Translations under genes and position numbers: made by a program
Shown: piece by piece, positions 9,489-18,698 of the stretch
Layout of the letters: each line of letters starts with the position of its first letter
How positions within the stretch are numbered: the first letter of the stretch is position 1
The notes under the pieces: generated by a model
Databases searched by the model: none
What the model was told of the DNA's origin: nothing
What the model saw: only the letters and a program-made list of their open reading frames with translations
NCBI GenBank assembly: GCA_947085095.1
Contig: CAMTVD010000024.1
Coordinates: 1 to 42,640, forward strand
DNA length: 42,640 nucleotides
Reading direction: 5' to 3'
DNA from: an uncultured Thermus sp.
GTDB taxonomy: Bacteria; Deinococcota; Deinococci; Deinococcales; Thermaceae

Positions 9489-10376
9489 GTGACGCCCTTC
9501 CCCCTGGGCCGCCCGGCCCGCCTGGCGGTCATGGCCTCGGGGCGGGGGACGAACCTCGAGGCCCTCCTCAAGGCCTTCCCCCCGGGGAACCCCCTGGGGG
9601 AGGTGGTCCTGGTCCTCTCCGACAACCCCGAGGCCTACGCCCTGGAACGGGCCAGGAGGTGGGGTGTGGAGGCCGTGGCCCTCCCCTGGGCGGGGCGGCG
9701 GGCCTTTGAGGAAAGGGCCCTGGCCCTCCTTGGGGAAAGGGGGGTGGATGCGGTCCTCCTGGCGGGGTTCATGCGCCTCCTTTCCCCCCGTTTTGTGGTC
9801 CCCTGGTACGGCCGCCTCCTCAACATCCACCCCTCCCTGCTTCCCGACTACCCGGGGCTTCGCGTGCACCAGCGGGTCCTGGAGGCGGGGGAAAAGGAGA
9901 CGGGCTCCACGGTGCACTTCGTGGACCAGGGTATGGACACCGGCCCCATCCTCCTCCAGGGGCGGGTCCCCGTCCTCCCCGGGGATACGCCGGAGGTCCT
10001 GGAGGCCCGCCTCCTCCACCTGGAGCACCGCCTCTACCCCAAGGCGGTCCGCCTTCTCCTTCTGGGCCTCGCCTTTCCCCCGCCCCAGGGCCTGGAGGAG
10101 TTCCTGGGGGAGGAGGCCGCCCGCCATTTCCAGGGCCTTTCCCCTCGGGAAAAGCCCCTCTACCTCCGCGTCTGGGCTCTTCTCCGGGCCTGGGGAAGAG
10201 AGGACCTGGTGGGCTCCGCCTTCCTGGGCCAGGCGGGGGAGTGGGGAAGGGGAGCGTTTCTCACCGCCCACCTCCTGGCCCAGGATCACCCCGCCCTGAG
10301 GGCCGAGCTCTCCGGTCTTTCCCCGGAGGTGCGCCAAAGGGCCGAGGAGGTCTTGGCGGGGGCCGTGTCCGGGTGA
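9489..10376 (+). CDS. purN: Phosphoribosylglycinamide formyltransferase with C-terminal extension
   Basis: SGRGTNL, LAGFM, NIHPSLLP, HFVD..DTG. Confidence 0.93.
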   Translation: MTPFPLGRPARLAVMASGRGTNLEALLKAFPPGNPLGEVVLVLSDNPEAYALERARRWGVEAVALPWAGRRAFEERALALLGERGVDAVLLAGFMRLLSPRFVVPWYGRLLNIHPSLLPDYPGLRVHQRVLEAGEKETGSTVHFVDQGMDTGPILLQGRVPVLPGDTPEVLEARLLHLEHRLYPKAVRLLLLGLAFPPPQGLEEFLGEEAARHFQGLSPREKPLYLRVWALLRAWGREDLVGSAFLGQAGEWGRGAFLTAHLLAQDHPALRAELSGLSPEVRQRAEEVLAGAVSG

Positions 10377-10446
10377 GCTAAGGGGAGGCTTTGCCCTCAC
10401 CCTTTCCCAGGGACGCCCTGGAGGGTCTCCTGATAGAATCCCCTTG

Positions 10447-11733
10447 ATGAAGGTCCTGGTGGTGGGGAGCGGGGGGCGGGAGCACGCCCTCCTTTGGAAG
10501 GCGGCCGAGAGCCCCCTCGTGGAAAAGCTGTACGCCGCCCCCGGCAACGCGGGCATGGCGGCCCTGGCCGAGCTGGTTCCTTGGAGTGGGGACGTGGAGG
10601 TCCTGGCGGACTGGGCCCTGGAGGCGGGGATAGACCTCACCCTGGTGGGCCCGGAGGCTCCCTTGGTGGAGGGCATCGCCGACGCCTTTCTGGAACGGGG
10701 CCTGAGGGTCTTTGGCCCCACCCAGAAGGCGGCCATGATCGAGGGCTCCAAGGCCTTCGCCAAGGGCCTCATGGAGCGTTACGGCATCCCCACGGCCCGG
10801 CACCGCACCTTCCAGGACCCCCTCCTGGCCCTGGAGTACCTGGAGGAGGTGGGGGTGCCCATCGTGGTCAAGGACTCGGGCCTGGCCGCGGGCAAGGGGG
10901 TTACCGTGGCCTTTGACCTCCACACCGCCAAGCAGGCGGTGGTCAACATTCTGAACCGGGCCGAAGGGGGGGAGGTGGTCATTGAGGAGTACCTGGAGGG
11001 GGAGGAGGTCACGGTCCTGGCCCTCACCGACGGGGAGGAGGTCCTTCCCCTCCTCCCCTCCCAGGACCACAAGCGCCTTTTGGACGGGGACCAGGGTCCC
11101 ATGACCGGGGGGATGGGGGCGGTGGCCCCCTACCCCATGGACCCCGAGACCCTAGGGCGGGTGGAGGAGGAGATCCTCTGGCCCCTCATCCGTGGCCTTA
11201 AGGCCGAGGGGGTGGTCTACCGGGGGGTGGTCTACGCGGGCCTGATGCTGACCCAGGAAGGCCCCAAGGTCCTGGAGTTCAACGCCCGCTTTGGCGACCC
11301 CGAGGCCCAGGCGATCCTGCCCCTTTTGCAAAGCGACCTGGTGGACCTGGCCCTGAAGGTGGCCGAGGGCAGGCTTAAGGGCACCCGGCTTGCCTGGAAG
11401 GCGGGGGCTTCCGCCTGCGTGGTCCTGGCCGCCCCCGGCTACCCGGAAAGCCCCAGGAAGGGGATTCCCCTTTACGTGCCCGAGCCCCCGGAGGGGGTCT
11501 TGGTCTTCCACGCGGGCACCCGGAGGGAGGGAGGGCATCTCGTGAGCGCCGGGGGGCGGGTCCTCAACGTGGTGGGCCTGGGGAAAGACCTGGGGGATGC
11601 CCTGGAGCGGGCCTACGCCTTCCTTCCCCAAATCGCTTTCCCCGGGGCGGTGTACCGCAAGGACATCGGCCGGAAGGCCCTGGCCCACCTCAGTACTGGA
11701 GCCGGGCCAGGGGAAGCCTCTCGCAGGCCCTGA
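10447..11733 (+). CDS. purD: Phosphoribosylamine--glycine ligase
   Basis: GSGGREHA, EGSKAFAK, GLAAGKG, QDHKR, EFNARFGDPE; TAGAAT -10 at 10434-10439. Confidence 0.96.
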   Translation: MKVLVVGSGGREHALLWKAAESPLVEKLYAAPGNAGMAALAELVPWSGDVEVLADWALEAGIDLTLVGPEAPLVEGIADAFLERGLRVFGPTQKAAMIEGSKAFAKGLMERYGIPTARHRTFQDPLLALEYLEEVGVPIVVKDSGLAAGKGVTVAFDLHTAKQAVVNILNRAEGGEVVIEEYLEGEEVTVLALTDGEEVLPLLPSQDHKRLLDGDQGPMTGGMGAVAPYPMDPETLGRVEEEILWPLIRGLKAEGVVYRGVVYAGLMLTQEGPKVLEFNARFGDPEAQAILPLLQSDLVDLALKVAEGRLKGTRLAWKAGASACVVLAAPGYPESPRKGIPLYVPEPPEGVLVFHAGTRREGGHLVSAGGRVLNVVGLGKDLGDALERAYAFLPQIAFPGAVYRKDIGRKALAHLSTGAGPGEASRRP

Positions 11734-13579
11734 GCACCTCCCCCAGGGTGCGGAACCCCCGGCCCTTGAGCAGGGGGATCATGCGGGCATAGACCTCGGC
11801 GGTCATGAGGGCGTCCCCCAAGGCGGTGTGCCGCCCCAGGACCGGGACCCCGAAGCGCTCCGCCAGGCGTTCCAGGGCGTGGTCCTTCAGGTCGGGGAAA
11901 AGGAGGTGGGCGAGGAGGAGGGTGTCCACCAGGGGGGGCTGGTGGATTCCCGCCCTTTTCAAAAAGGCCATGTCAAAGGCCCCGTCGTGGGCCAGGAGCA
12001 CCGTGTCCTGTAAAAAGGCCCGAAAAGAGGGGAGGACCTCCTCCAGGCGGGGCTTTCCCTTGAGCATCTCCCAGGTGAGGCCGTGGACCTCGGTGGAGGC
12101 CTTGGGGATGGGGCGGCCCGGGTCCACCAGGGCCTCGTAGACCTCTTGCCGGAGGACCTGGCTTCCCAGGAGGTGCACCCCCCCCAGGGCGATGATGGCA
12201 TCCTTTTCCGGGTCCAGCCCGGTGGTCTCCAGGTCAAAGGCGGTGTAGAGGAGGCCGTCTATGGGAGCCTCTTCCAGCTCCTCGGGGACCTGGAGCAGGG
12301 AGAGGTCAAAGACCTCGGCCCGGGGCGGGGGGCCTGAGGGGGCGGGAATCCTGGGGGCCTCCTGGGCGGGGAGGAGGAGGTGGAGGCGGCTCTCCTCCCG
12401 CCAGAGGCCTCCCCCGGCCCTTTCCACCGCCTCCAGGAGGCTGGGGTGGGCCTCGGGGGCGGGGTGGGGGAAGAGGAGGCTTAAGCGGAGGAGGCGGTCT
12501 TGGGCCTCCGCCTGGAGGAGGACTTCCTCGGCATCCTGAAGGGTGGCGGCGAGGCCCTGGCTTAGGGCGTAGGTGTCCGCCCGCACCAAAAGCCCCCGGG
12601 CCGTCTCGCCCAGGGTGAAGCCAGGGTGGACCCCCAGCTCCCGCTCCAGGGCCTCCGCCAGGAGGGGCAGGAGGTCTTCCGCCAGGACCTCGGCGGCCCT
12701 AGGGGGAGCCTCCAGGGCCCTGACCAGCTTTGCCAGGTCCTCCGCGGCCTCCTTGGCCGCCCGGGCCAGGGGCAGGGCCTCCTTGGGGGCCTCCTTTTCC
12801 CAAAGCTCCACCAGGGCCTTGAGGCCAGAGAGCTTGTCCTTGAGGCGGTGGAGGGTGGCCTCGTCCACCCCCTTTTCCTCCCGGGCGGCCTCGAGGATGA
12901 GGAGAAGGCCCCCTTCCCCCTTCAGGGGCACCGCCTGCAGGGAAAGGAGCTCCCCTCTTCCCTGGGTCAGGAAGCGCTCCGAGGGCAGCCTCAGGGCGTG
13001 GGCCAGAAGCCCCCGGTCCAGGAGGCCGAAGAGGCTCTTGCCCGCCCCCAGGCCTTCCCCCAGGAGGCGCCGGGCCGGGGGGTTGTAGAGGACCACCTGG
13101 CCCTTGGGGTTGGCCAGGACCACCCCCTGGGGCAGGTGGGCGATGAGGGCGGAGAGCACCCCCCTTTCTCGCTCCAGGAGGGCCTTGGCCTCCTCCACCT
13201 TGGCCTCCACCTCCTTCTCCAGGGCCGCCTTCTCCTCGGCCAGGCGCTGGACCAGGCGGCCTAGGGCCTGGAGCTCCAGGGGCCCTCTAAGGGGCAGGCG
13301 GTGGCCCGGGTTGGCCAGGAGGACCTCCGCCTCCTGGCCCAGGGCCCGGGTGGCCGCCAGGTAGCCCAGAAAGAGAGGGTGGAGCAGGGCCCCCAGCACC
13401 AGGACAAAGAGGAAGCCCACGAAGAGGAGAAGACCGGACTTCTCCCGGGCCACCCGGAAGAACTCCTGGGCCAGGGCCGCCTCCCCTTGCAGGAGGAGGA
13501 AGAGGGCGAACCCCACCACTCCCCCCACCAGGAGGAGGCCCAGGAGAAGGGCCCCCAGGAAGCGCAAGACCTCCCTCAT
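11690..13579 (-). CDS. Membrane-anchored PAS-domain DEDDh 3'-5' exonuclease (DnaQ-like)
   Basis: Two N-terminal TM helices, HAMP-like linker, PAS (GVVLANPKGQVVLYN), C-terminal FDLETTG, AHDGAFD and HTALGDA. Confidence 0.88.
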   Translation of the reverse strand: MREVLRFLGALLLGLLLVGGVVGFALFLLLQGEAALAQEFFRVAREKSGLLLFVGFLFVLVLGALLHPLFLGYLAATRALGQEAEVLLANPGHRLPLRGPLELQALGRLVQRLAEEKAALEKEVEAKVEEAKALLERERGVLSALIAHLPQGVVLANPKGQVVLYNPPARRLLGEGLGAGKSLFGLLDRGLLAHALRLPSERFLTQGRGELLSLQAVPLKGEGGLLLILEAAREEKGVDEATLHRLKDKLSGLKALVELWEKEAPKEALPLARAAKEAAEDLAKLVRALEAPPRAAEVLAEDLLPLLAEALERELGVHPGFTLGETARGLLVRADTYALSQGLAATLQDAEEVLLQAEAQDRLLRLSLLFPHPAPEAHPSLLEAVERAGGGLWREESRLHLLLPAQEAPRIPAPSGPPPRAEVFDLSLLQVPEELEEAPIDGLLYTAFDLETTGLDPEKDAIIALGGVHLLGSQVLRQEVYEALVDPGRPIPKASTEVHGLTWEMLKGKPRLEEVLPSFRAFLQDTVLLAHDGAFDMAFLKRAGIHQPPLVDTLLLAHLLFPDLKDHALERLAERFGVPVLGRHTALGDALMTAEVYARMIPLLKGRGFRTLGEVLRACERLPLARLQY

Positions 13580-13935
13580 TTCCCCTCCAGCAGCCTTTCC
13601 ACCTGGGCCAAGAGGTCCCCTATGCCAAAGGGCTTGGCCATGAAGGCCGCCGCTCCCAGAGCCAGGGCCTTGGCCTGGTCCGCCTCCCGGCCTCGGGCGG
13701 TGAGGACCAGGACCTTGGGCTTGGTGGGCCCTGGGGGGAGGCGCTCTAGGACCGCGAAGCCGTCCATTCCCGGGAGCATCAGGTCCAGGACCACCAGGTC
13801 AAAGGGGCTCTGGGCCAGGAAGCCTAGGGCTTCCTCGCCCGTCTTGGCCAGGGCCACCTCGTGCCCCGCCTTCCTGAGCAGGAACTCCAGGGGCACCAGG
13901 ATGCTTTCCTCGTCATCCACCACCAGGATCCGCAC
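13576..13935 (-). CDS. Single-domain response regulator (receiver only)
   Basis: ILVVDDE, LDLMLPGMDG, LTA, KPF; GTG start at 13935 with GGAGG SD; 119 aa with no output domain. Confidence 0.9.
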   Translation of the reverse strand: MRILVVDDEESILVPLEFLLRKAGHEVALAKTGEEALGFLAQSPFDLVVLDLMLPGMDGFAVLERLPPGPTKPKVLVLTARGREADQAKALALGAAAFMAKPFGIGDLLAQVERLLEGK

Positions 13936-16399
13936 GGTCCACCTCCAGGGGTAGGGTAAAGGCGAAGCTGGCTCCCTCGCCCGCTTCCAAAAAGATCCGT
14001 CCTCCCAGGCTCTCCACCAGCCTACGGGCCAGGTACAGGCCCAGGCCCGTGCCCCCGGCAAAGCTCTGGAAGGGTTCAAAGACCAAGGGCCTCAGGGCCT
14101 CGGGCACCCCGGGGCCATCGTCCTGGACCCGGAAGAGGGCCTCCTTCCCCTCGCGCCTAAGCTCCAGGTAGACCCGGCTTTGGGCGTGACGCAGGGCGTT
14201 GTGCAGGAGGTTGAGGAGGACTTGGAGCACCCGGTCCCGGTCGGTGAGGGTTTGGACCTCCTCCAGGTGGACTTCCATTCTAACCCCTTTTTCCAAGGCC
14301 AGGGGCTTGGCCAGGGCCAGGGCCTCCTCGGCCAAGGTCTTTAGGCTTGTGGGTTCCAGGCGCAGGGGGAGGTCTGCCTGCAGACGGGCGTAGGCCAGGA
14401 CCTCCTCCACCAAGCGGGAAAGCCTGGCGGCCTCCTTGGCCAATAGGCCGGTGAAGCGCCGCCTTTCCTCCTCGGGGAGGTCGGGGTGGGCCTCGAGGAT
14501 CTCCGCCAGGGCCCGCACCGAGGTGAGGGGGGTCTTGAGCTCGTGGGAGACCGCGGCCAGAAGCTCGTCCTTGGCCTGGTCCTGGGCCTTTAGGCGCTCG
14601 TAGGCCTCGGCGAGCTCCCGCCTCGCCTCCTCCAGGGCCCTGGCGTAGGCCCTGACCTCCCTGGACTCCCGGGCCGCCTCCTCCACAAGGGCCTCCGAGG
14701 GGGCCCTCTCCGTGACGGAGAGGAGGAGGAGCCTAGCGGTGGCGGGGCCCACGGAACCCGCCAAAAGGGCCTCGGCCCGGGCGGCCGCCTGGGGGCCGGG
14801 AAGGCCTTGGGCCTCCCTGTGGAAGCCCTCCTCCGCTTCCGGCCCCAGGACCCTTCCGATGAGGGCGGAGAGCGCCGCCACCTCCCCCGTGCGCCCCTCT
14901 TTGGGGGCTTCCCTCCGCGTGTAGAGGGAGACGCCCAGGGTGAGGGCCAGGTTGACGAAGAGGCTTGCCAGGAAGCCGTGGGTGACCGGGTCCAGGCCCT
15001 CTAGCCCGAGAAGGCCCTCTGGGCGGAGCCAGGGGTGGGGACCCTCGAGGAAGACCCCGGGAAGCCAGCCCGAGCGGGCCAGGGCGGGGAGGAAGAGGGT
15101 GTAGGCCCAAAGGAGCATCCCCCCCAGAAGCCCCGCCAGGGCCCCTTGCCAGGTCGCCCCCTTCCAGTAAAGCCCCAGAAGGGCGGCCGGGGCCAGCTGG
15201 GCCACGGCCACGAAGGAGATGAGCCCCATCCCCACCAGGGCGTAGGCCTCCCCGGCCAGGCGGAAGTAGAGGTAGGCGAGGAGCATCACCAGGAGGATGG
15301 AAAGCCTCCGCCAGAGGAGGAGGCTCCCCAGGGCCTTGGCCCTGAGGAGGAGGGGGGAAAGGAGGTGGTTGGAGACCAGGATGGAGAGGGCCAGGCTCTC
15401 CACGATCACCATGGCCGTGGCGGCAGAGACCCCGCCCAGAAAGGCCAGGAGGGCCAGGCCGGGGCCCGCCTCTTGGGCGAGGGCCAGGACGTAGAGGTCG
15501 GGGTTTTCTTGGGGGAAGTGGAGGCGGCCCAGGAGGGCCAGGGGAACCACGGGCAGGTTGATGAGGAGGAGGTAGAGGGGAAAGGCCCAGGCGGCCAGGG
15601 CCAGGTGCCTGGGGTTCACGTTCTCCACCACGCTCACGTGGAACTGCCGGGGCAGGAAGAGAAAGGCCAGGCCCGACAGCACCGTGAGGCTCACCCAGGC
15701 CAGGTAGCCGGAAGCCCCTTCCGGGGGCAGGAGGAGGGGCAGGAACTCGGGCCTCTCCATGGCCTTGGGGAAGGGGTTGCCCAGGGCCAGGAGGGCCGCC
15801 CCGCCCACCAGGAGGAGGGCGAGGAGCTTGACCACAGACTCAAAGGCCACCGCCAAGACCAGGCCCTCGTGCCTTTCCGAGGGGTCCAGGCGGCGGGTGC
15901 CGAAGAGGATGGCGAAAAGGGCGAGGAGGAGGGTGGTGGGCAGGGCCACGTCCGCTAAAGGGGCCTCTTCCCCGCTCAAGAAGAGGAAGGCCTGGGCGAT
16001 GGCCTTGAGCTGCAGGGCCAGGTAGGGGAGGAGGCCCACCACCAGGAAGAGGGCGGTGAGGAAGCCCAAGGGGGCGTGGCCGTAGCGCAGAAACAGGTAG
16101 TCCGCCCAGGAGGTGAGGCGGTGGACCCGGGCCAGCTCCAAGAGCTTCCCATGGAGGAAGGGCCAGAGGAGGAGGACCAGGGTGGGCCCCAGGTAGACGG
16201 GAAGGAAGGTGGCCCCCTGGGTGGCCGCCCGGCCCACGCTGCCAAAGAAGGTCCAGGCGGTGGCGTAGACCGCCAGGGAGAGGGCGTAGACCCAGGGGCT
16301 TTGCGCCCAGGCCCGCCCCCGCCCCTCCCCGAAGAGGGCCACCAGGAAGAGGAGGCCCAGGTAGAGGAAGAGGCCGAGGAGAAGGAAGAGGGGGCTCAT
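13913..16399 (-). CDS. Sodium:solute symporter (SLC5)-STAC-histidine kinase fusion, CrbS/CbrA-like
   Basis: Multi-TM SSS domain (YALSLAVYATAWTFFGSVG, FESVVKL, PRQFHV), STAC-like helices, SHELKTPL, N box, DDGPG, GTGLGL. Confidence 0.9.
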   Translation of the reverse strand: MSPLFLLLGLFLYLGLLFLVALFGEGRGRAWAQSPWVYALSLAVYATAWTFFGSVGRAATQGATFLPVYLGPTLVLLLWPFLHGKLLELARVHRLTSWADYLFLRYGHAPLGFLTALFLVVGLLPYLALQLKAIAQAFLFLSGEEAPLADVALPTTLLLALFAILFGTRRLDPSERHEGLVLAVAFESVVKLLALLLVGGAALLALGNPFPKAMERPEFLPLLLPPEGASGYLAWVSLTVLSGLAFLFLPRQFHVSVVENVNPRHLALAAWAFPLYLLLINLPVVPLALLGRLHFPQENPDLYVLALAQEAGPGLALLAFLGGVSAATAMVIVESLALSILVSNHLLSPLLLRAKALGSLLLWRRLSILLVMLLAYLYFRLAGEAYALVGMGLISFVAVAQLAPAALLGLYWKGATWQGALAGLLGGMLLWAYTLFLPALARSGWLPGVFLEGPHPWLRPEGLLGLEGLDPVTHGFLASLFVNLALTLGVSLYTRREAPKEGRTGEVAALSALIGRVLGPEAEEGFHREAQGLPGPQAAARAEALLAGSVGPATARLLLLSVTERAPSEALVEEAARESREVRAYARALEEARRELAEAYERLKAQDQAKDELLAAVSHELKTPLTSVRALAEILEAHPDLPEEERRRFTGLLAKEAARLSRLVEEVLAYARLQADLPLRLEPTSLKTLAEEALALAKPLALEKGVRMEVHLEEVQTLTDRDRVLQVLLNLLHNALRHAQSRVYLELRREGKEALFRVQDDGPGVPEALRPLVFEPFQSFAGGTGLGLYLARRLVESLGGRIFLEAGEGASFAFTLPLEVDRADPGGG

Positions 16400-16572
16400 G
16401 GCTTGCGGAAGAGGAGGTAGGCCAAAAGGAGCACCAGGCCCCAGGCCCCGAAGAGGTAGAGGTAGACCGGGGGAAGCCCCAAGGGCCCCAAGGGGGAGAG
16501 GGGGAAGAGGGCCAGGGGCAGAAAAAAGAGGAAAAGGGCCAGGAGGAAGAGGGCGAAGGCTTTTTCCTTCAT
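16396..16572 (-). CDS. 58-aa two-helix membrane peptide coupled to the SLC5 kinase (not in the ORF track)
   Basis: MKEKAFALFLLALFLFFLPLALFPLSPLGPLGLPPVYLYLFGAWGLVLLLAYLLFRKP; ATGA overlaps at both ends. Confidence 0.8.
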   Translation of the reverse strand: MKEKAFALFLLALFLFFLPLALFPLSPLGPLGLPPVYLYLFGAWGLVLLLAYLLFRKP

Positions 16573-18317
16573 CGGAGTTGGAAGCGGGCTGCGGTGCTCT
16601 CCTGGATCTCCAGGATGGCCCGGAACCCCTCGAGGGCCAGCTGTCTTTCCCGGGGGGACAAGGCGCTCCAGAGAACCCTGTTGCCGATCTCCTTTCCCTG
16701 GCGGAAGGCGGCGAGCTGGTGGCCTAGGCGCAGGTGGAAGAAGAAGCGGTAGGCCTCGGCCAGGCGCTCCGCCCCTTCCTGGCTCAGGGTGCCCCCGGCT
16801 AGGGCGGCCATAAGGCGCTCCACCGTTCCCTTGGCCAGACTGCCCGCCATGAGGGCGTAAAGCCGGGCCAGGGCCACGATGGGAGCCAGGGCGGCCCGCT
16901 TCAGGTCCACGAACCCCTCCTCCGTGCGCACCCGGCCAAAAAGGCCCAAGGGGGGGCGGAAGGCCAGGGCGCTTTGCGCCAGGTGGTAGAGGAAGACCCC
17001 CTTGCGGCTCCTTTCCAGGATGGCCTCCTCCAAGGGCTTCAGGGAAAGCGTCCCGGCCACCCCCCGGAAGTCAAAGAAGATCTGGGTGTCCAGGAGGGCC
17101 TGGGGCTCGGGGGCGTCCATCCACTTCCTGAAGGTGGCCACCCAGTCCCTTAGGGGCATGCGCCAGCGAGTGGCCATATACCCCCCTTTGCACTCGGGGA
17201 TGCCCGCCCGGATCAGCCCCTGGACCACCCTTTCCCCCAGGGCCTGGAAATACTCCTCGTGCCCCCCTTCCGCCAGGACCAGGGCGTTGTCCTGGTCGGT
17301 GAGCAGGGCCTGCTCCCGCCGCCCCTCCGAGCCAAAGACCAGAAGGCTGTAGGGCACGGGAGGGTTTCCCAAGGCCGCCTCGGCCTCCCTCACCAGGCGG
17401 CGGAGGAGGGCGTCGTTCAGGGAGGCCACCACCCGCCCGATCTCCAGCCCCCCCAGGCCCCGGGCGAAGAGGGCCTCCACCAGGTGGGCCACCTCGAGGC
17501 CGTACCGCTCCAGCTCCAGCCGCTCTATCCGCCTTAGGAGGAGGAGGGGGCTTTGCGCCTGGTGCAGGACCAGATCCGTGTGGGTCACCACCCCCAGGAC
17601 CTTTTCCCCCTGGGTGAGGGGCAGGTGGTGGATGCCCCGCTCCACCATGGCCGCCACCGCCTCATAGATGGGGGTCTCCGCGGGGAGGGCGAAGAGGGGG
17701 GTGCTCATGACCCGGGCCACGGGGGTGGCGGGGGAAAGCCCCTCCGCCAGGACCCGGTTCCTCAGGTCCCGGTCGGTGAGGATGCCCAGGGGCTCCCCTT
17801 CCACCAGGAGGCTGGAGATCCCCTCCTCCCGCATCCTCCGGGCGGCCTCCTCCACCGTAGCCGTGGGAGGGATGAAGGCCGGGGGGCGCCTTATGAGCCT
17901 CCCCACCGGGGCGAAAAGGGAGAGGTCCGGGGCTTCCCTTAGCCGCACCCGGCTTGCCAGGCCTTGCCCAAAAAAGCGGGCGGCCTCGGGAAAGGCCAGG
18001 AGCTTCTGGAAACCTTCTTTAGGAAAGACCAGGATACGGACCGGGGTCCTGGCCACCACGGAGAAAGCAGGGGGCTCTCCGGAAAGAAGGGAGGGAAAGC
18101 CAAAAAACTCCCCGGGTCCCAGGCTCCCCACCTCCTCCTCCCCGTCCCGTAGGGCCACCTCCCCCTCCAGCACCAGGTAGAGGCTTTCCGCCGGCTCCCC
18201 CCCTTGCTCCAGGATATGGGCCCCTTGGGGATGGGCCTCCTCCTGGGCCTGACGGAGGAGGGCTTCCCGCTCCGCTTCAGGAAGGGCGTTCAGGGGCGGA
18301 ATGATTCTGGGGTCCAT
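16569..18317 (-). CDS. cNMP-binding + CBS pair + DUF294 nucleotidyltransferase
   Basis: cNMP (LGPGEFFG), CBS (GILTDRDLR, IHHLP), Pol-beta-like FGSEGRREQALLTDQDN, IFFDFR, DLKR. Confidence 0.9.
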   Translation of the reverse strand: MDPRIIPPLNALPEAEREALLRQAQEEAHPQGAHILEQGGEPAESLYLVLEGEVALRDGEEEVGSLGPGEFFGFPSLLSGEPPAFSVVARTPVRILVFPKEGFQKLLAFPEAARFFGQGLASRVRLREAPDLSLFAPVGRLIRRPPAFIPPTATVEEAARRMREEGISSLLVEGEPLGILTDRDLRNRVLAEGLSPATPVARVMSTPLFALPAETPIYEAVAAMVERGIHHLPLTQGEKVLGVVTHTDLVLHQAQSPLLLLRRIERLELERYGLEVAHLVEALFARGLGGLEIGRVVASLNDALLRRLVREAEAALGNPPVPYSLLVFGSEGRREQALLTDQDNALVLAEGGHEEYFQALGERVVQGLIRAGIPECKGGYMATRWRMPLRDWVATFRKWMDAPEPQALLDTQIFFDFRGVAGTLSLKPLEEAILERSRKGVFLYHLAQSALAFRPPLGLFGRVRTEEGFVDLKRAALAPIVALARLYALMAGSLAKGTVERLMAALAGGTLSQEGAERLAEAYRFFFHLRLGHQLAAFRQGKEIGNRVLWSALSPRERQLALEGFRAILEIQESTAARFQLR

Positions 18318-18636
18318 GGCTGGGGGTAAGCCAGGCGATCAGGGGGACGATGTAGTGCAGGGCCACCTGGGCCTGAAACAGGACCACGAGGCCCACCCCC
18401 AAGACGAAGGCCGGGGGCAGGAGCACAAAGAGCCGCACCACGCGCCCCCATCCAGGTGGGGGTAAGGGCCAGATGCGGTGGTAGAGGAGGCCAAGCCAAA
18501 GGCCCAGGGCCGCTCCCAAGGCGATCTGGAAGAGAATCCCGGGGGTGGGGAAGGGGAAGCCCAGGAGGTAGTGGCCCAGGAGGTAAAAGGCGAAGAGGGC
18601 GCTAAGGCTTCCCAGGTAAAACCGCAAAAGCTTCAT
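18277..18636 (-). CDS. Hypothetical membrane protein
   Basis: 119 aa, 3-4 hydrophobic segments, GGAGG SD, overlaps the downstream gene. Confidence 0.75.
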   Translation of the reverse strand: MKLLRFYLGSLSALFAFYLLGHYLLGFPFPTPGILFQIALGAALGLWLGLLYHRIWPLPPPGWGRVVRLFVLLPPAFVLGVGLVVLFQAQVALHYIVPLIAWLTPSHGPQNHSAPERPS

Positions 18637-18658
18637 GTCGCCTCCAGCTTGAGTATAG

Positions 18659-18686
18659 GCCCCCTGGGCCCCTGGGCCCAGGGGGC
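18659..18686. terminator. GC-rich hairpin downstream of actP
   Basis: GCCCCCTGGGCC-CCTG-GGCCCAGGGGGC 12-bp stem; no U tract. Confidence 0.5.
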
Positions 18687-18698
18687 AGGCGGAATGAC

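Noticed and set aside
11690..11733. 44-bp convergent overlap of purD and the exonuclease as a regulatory device
   Set aside because: Short 3' overlaps are common in compact high-GC genomes (also at 4732-4764)
11690..12260. Replicative DNA polymerase III epsilon (dnaQ)
   Set aside because: The DEDDh domain is fused to a membrane sensor scaffold within a transporter/signalling operon
11690..18317. CBASS-like antiphage system (nucleotidyltransferase + nuclease)
   Set aside because: The transferase is cNMP-CBS-DUF294 type rather than a CD-NTase, codon usage is native, and the context is acetate metabolism
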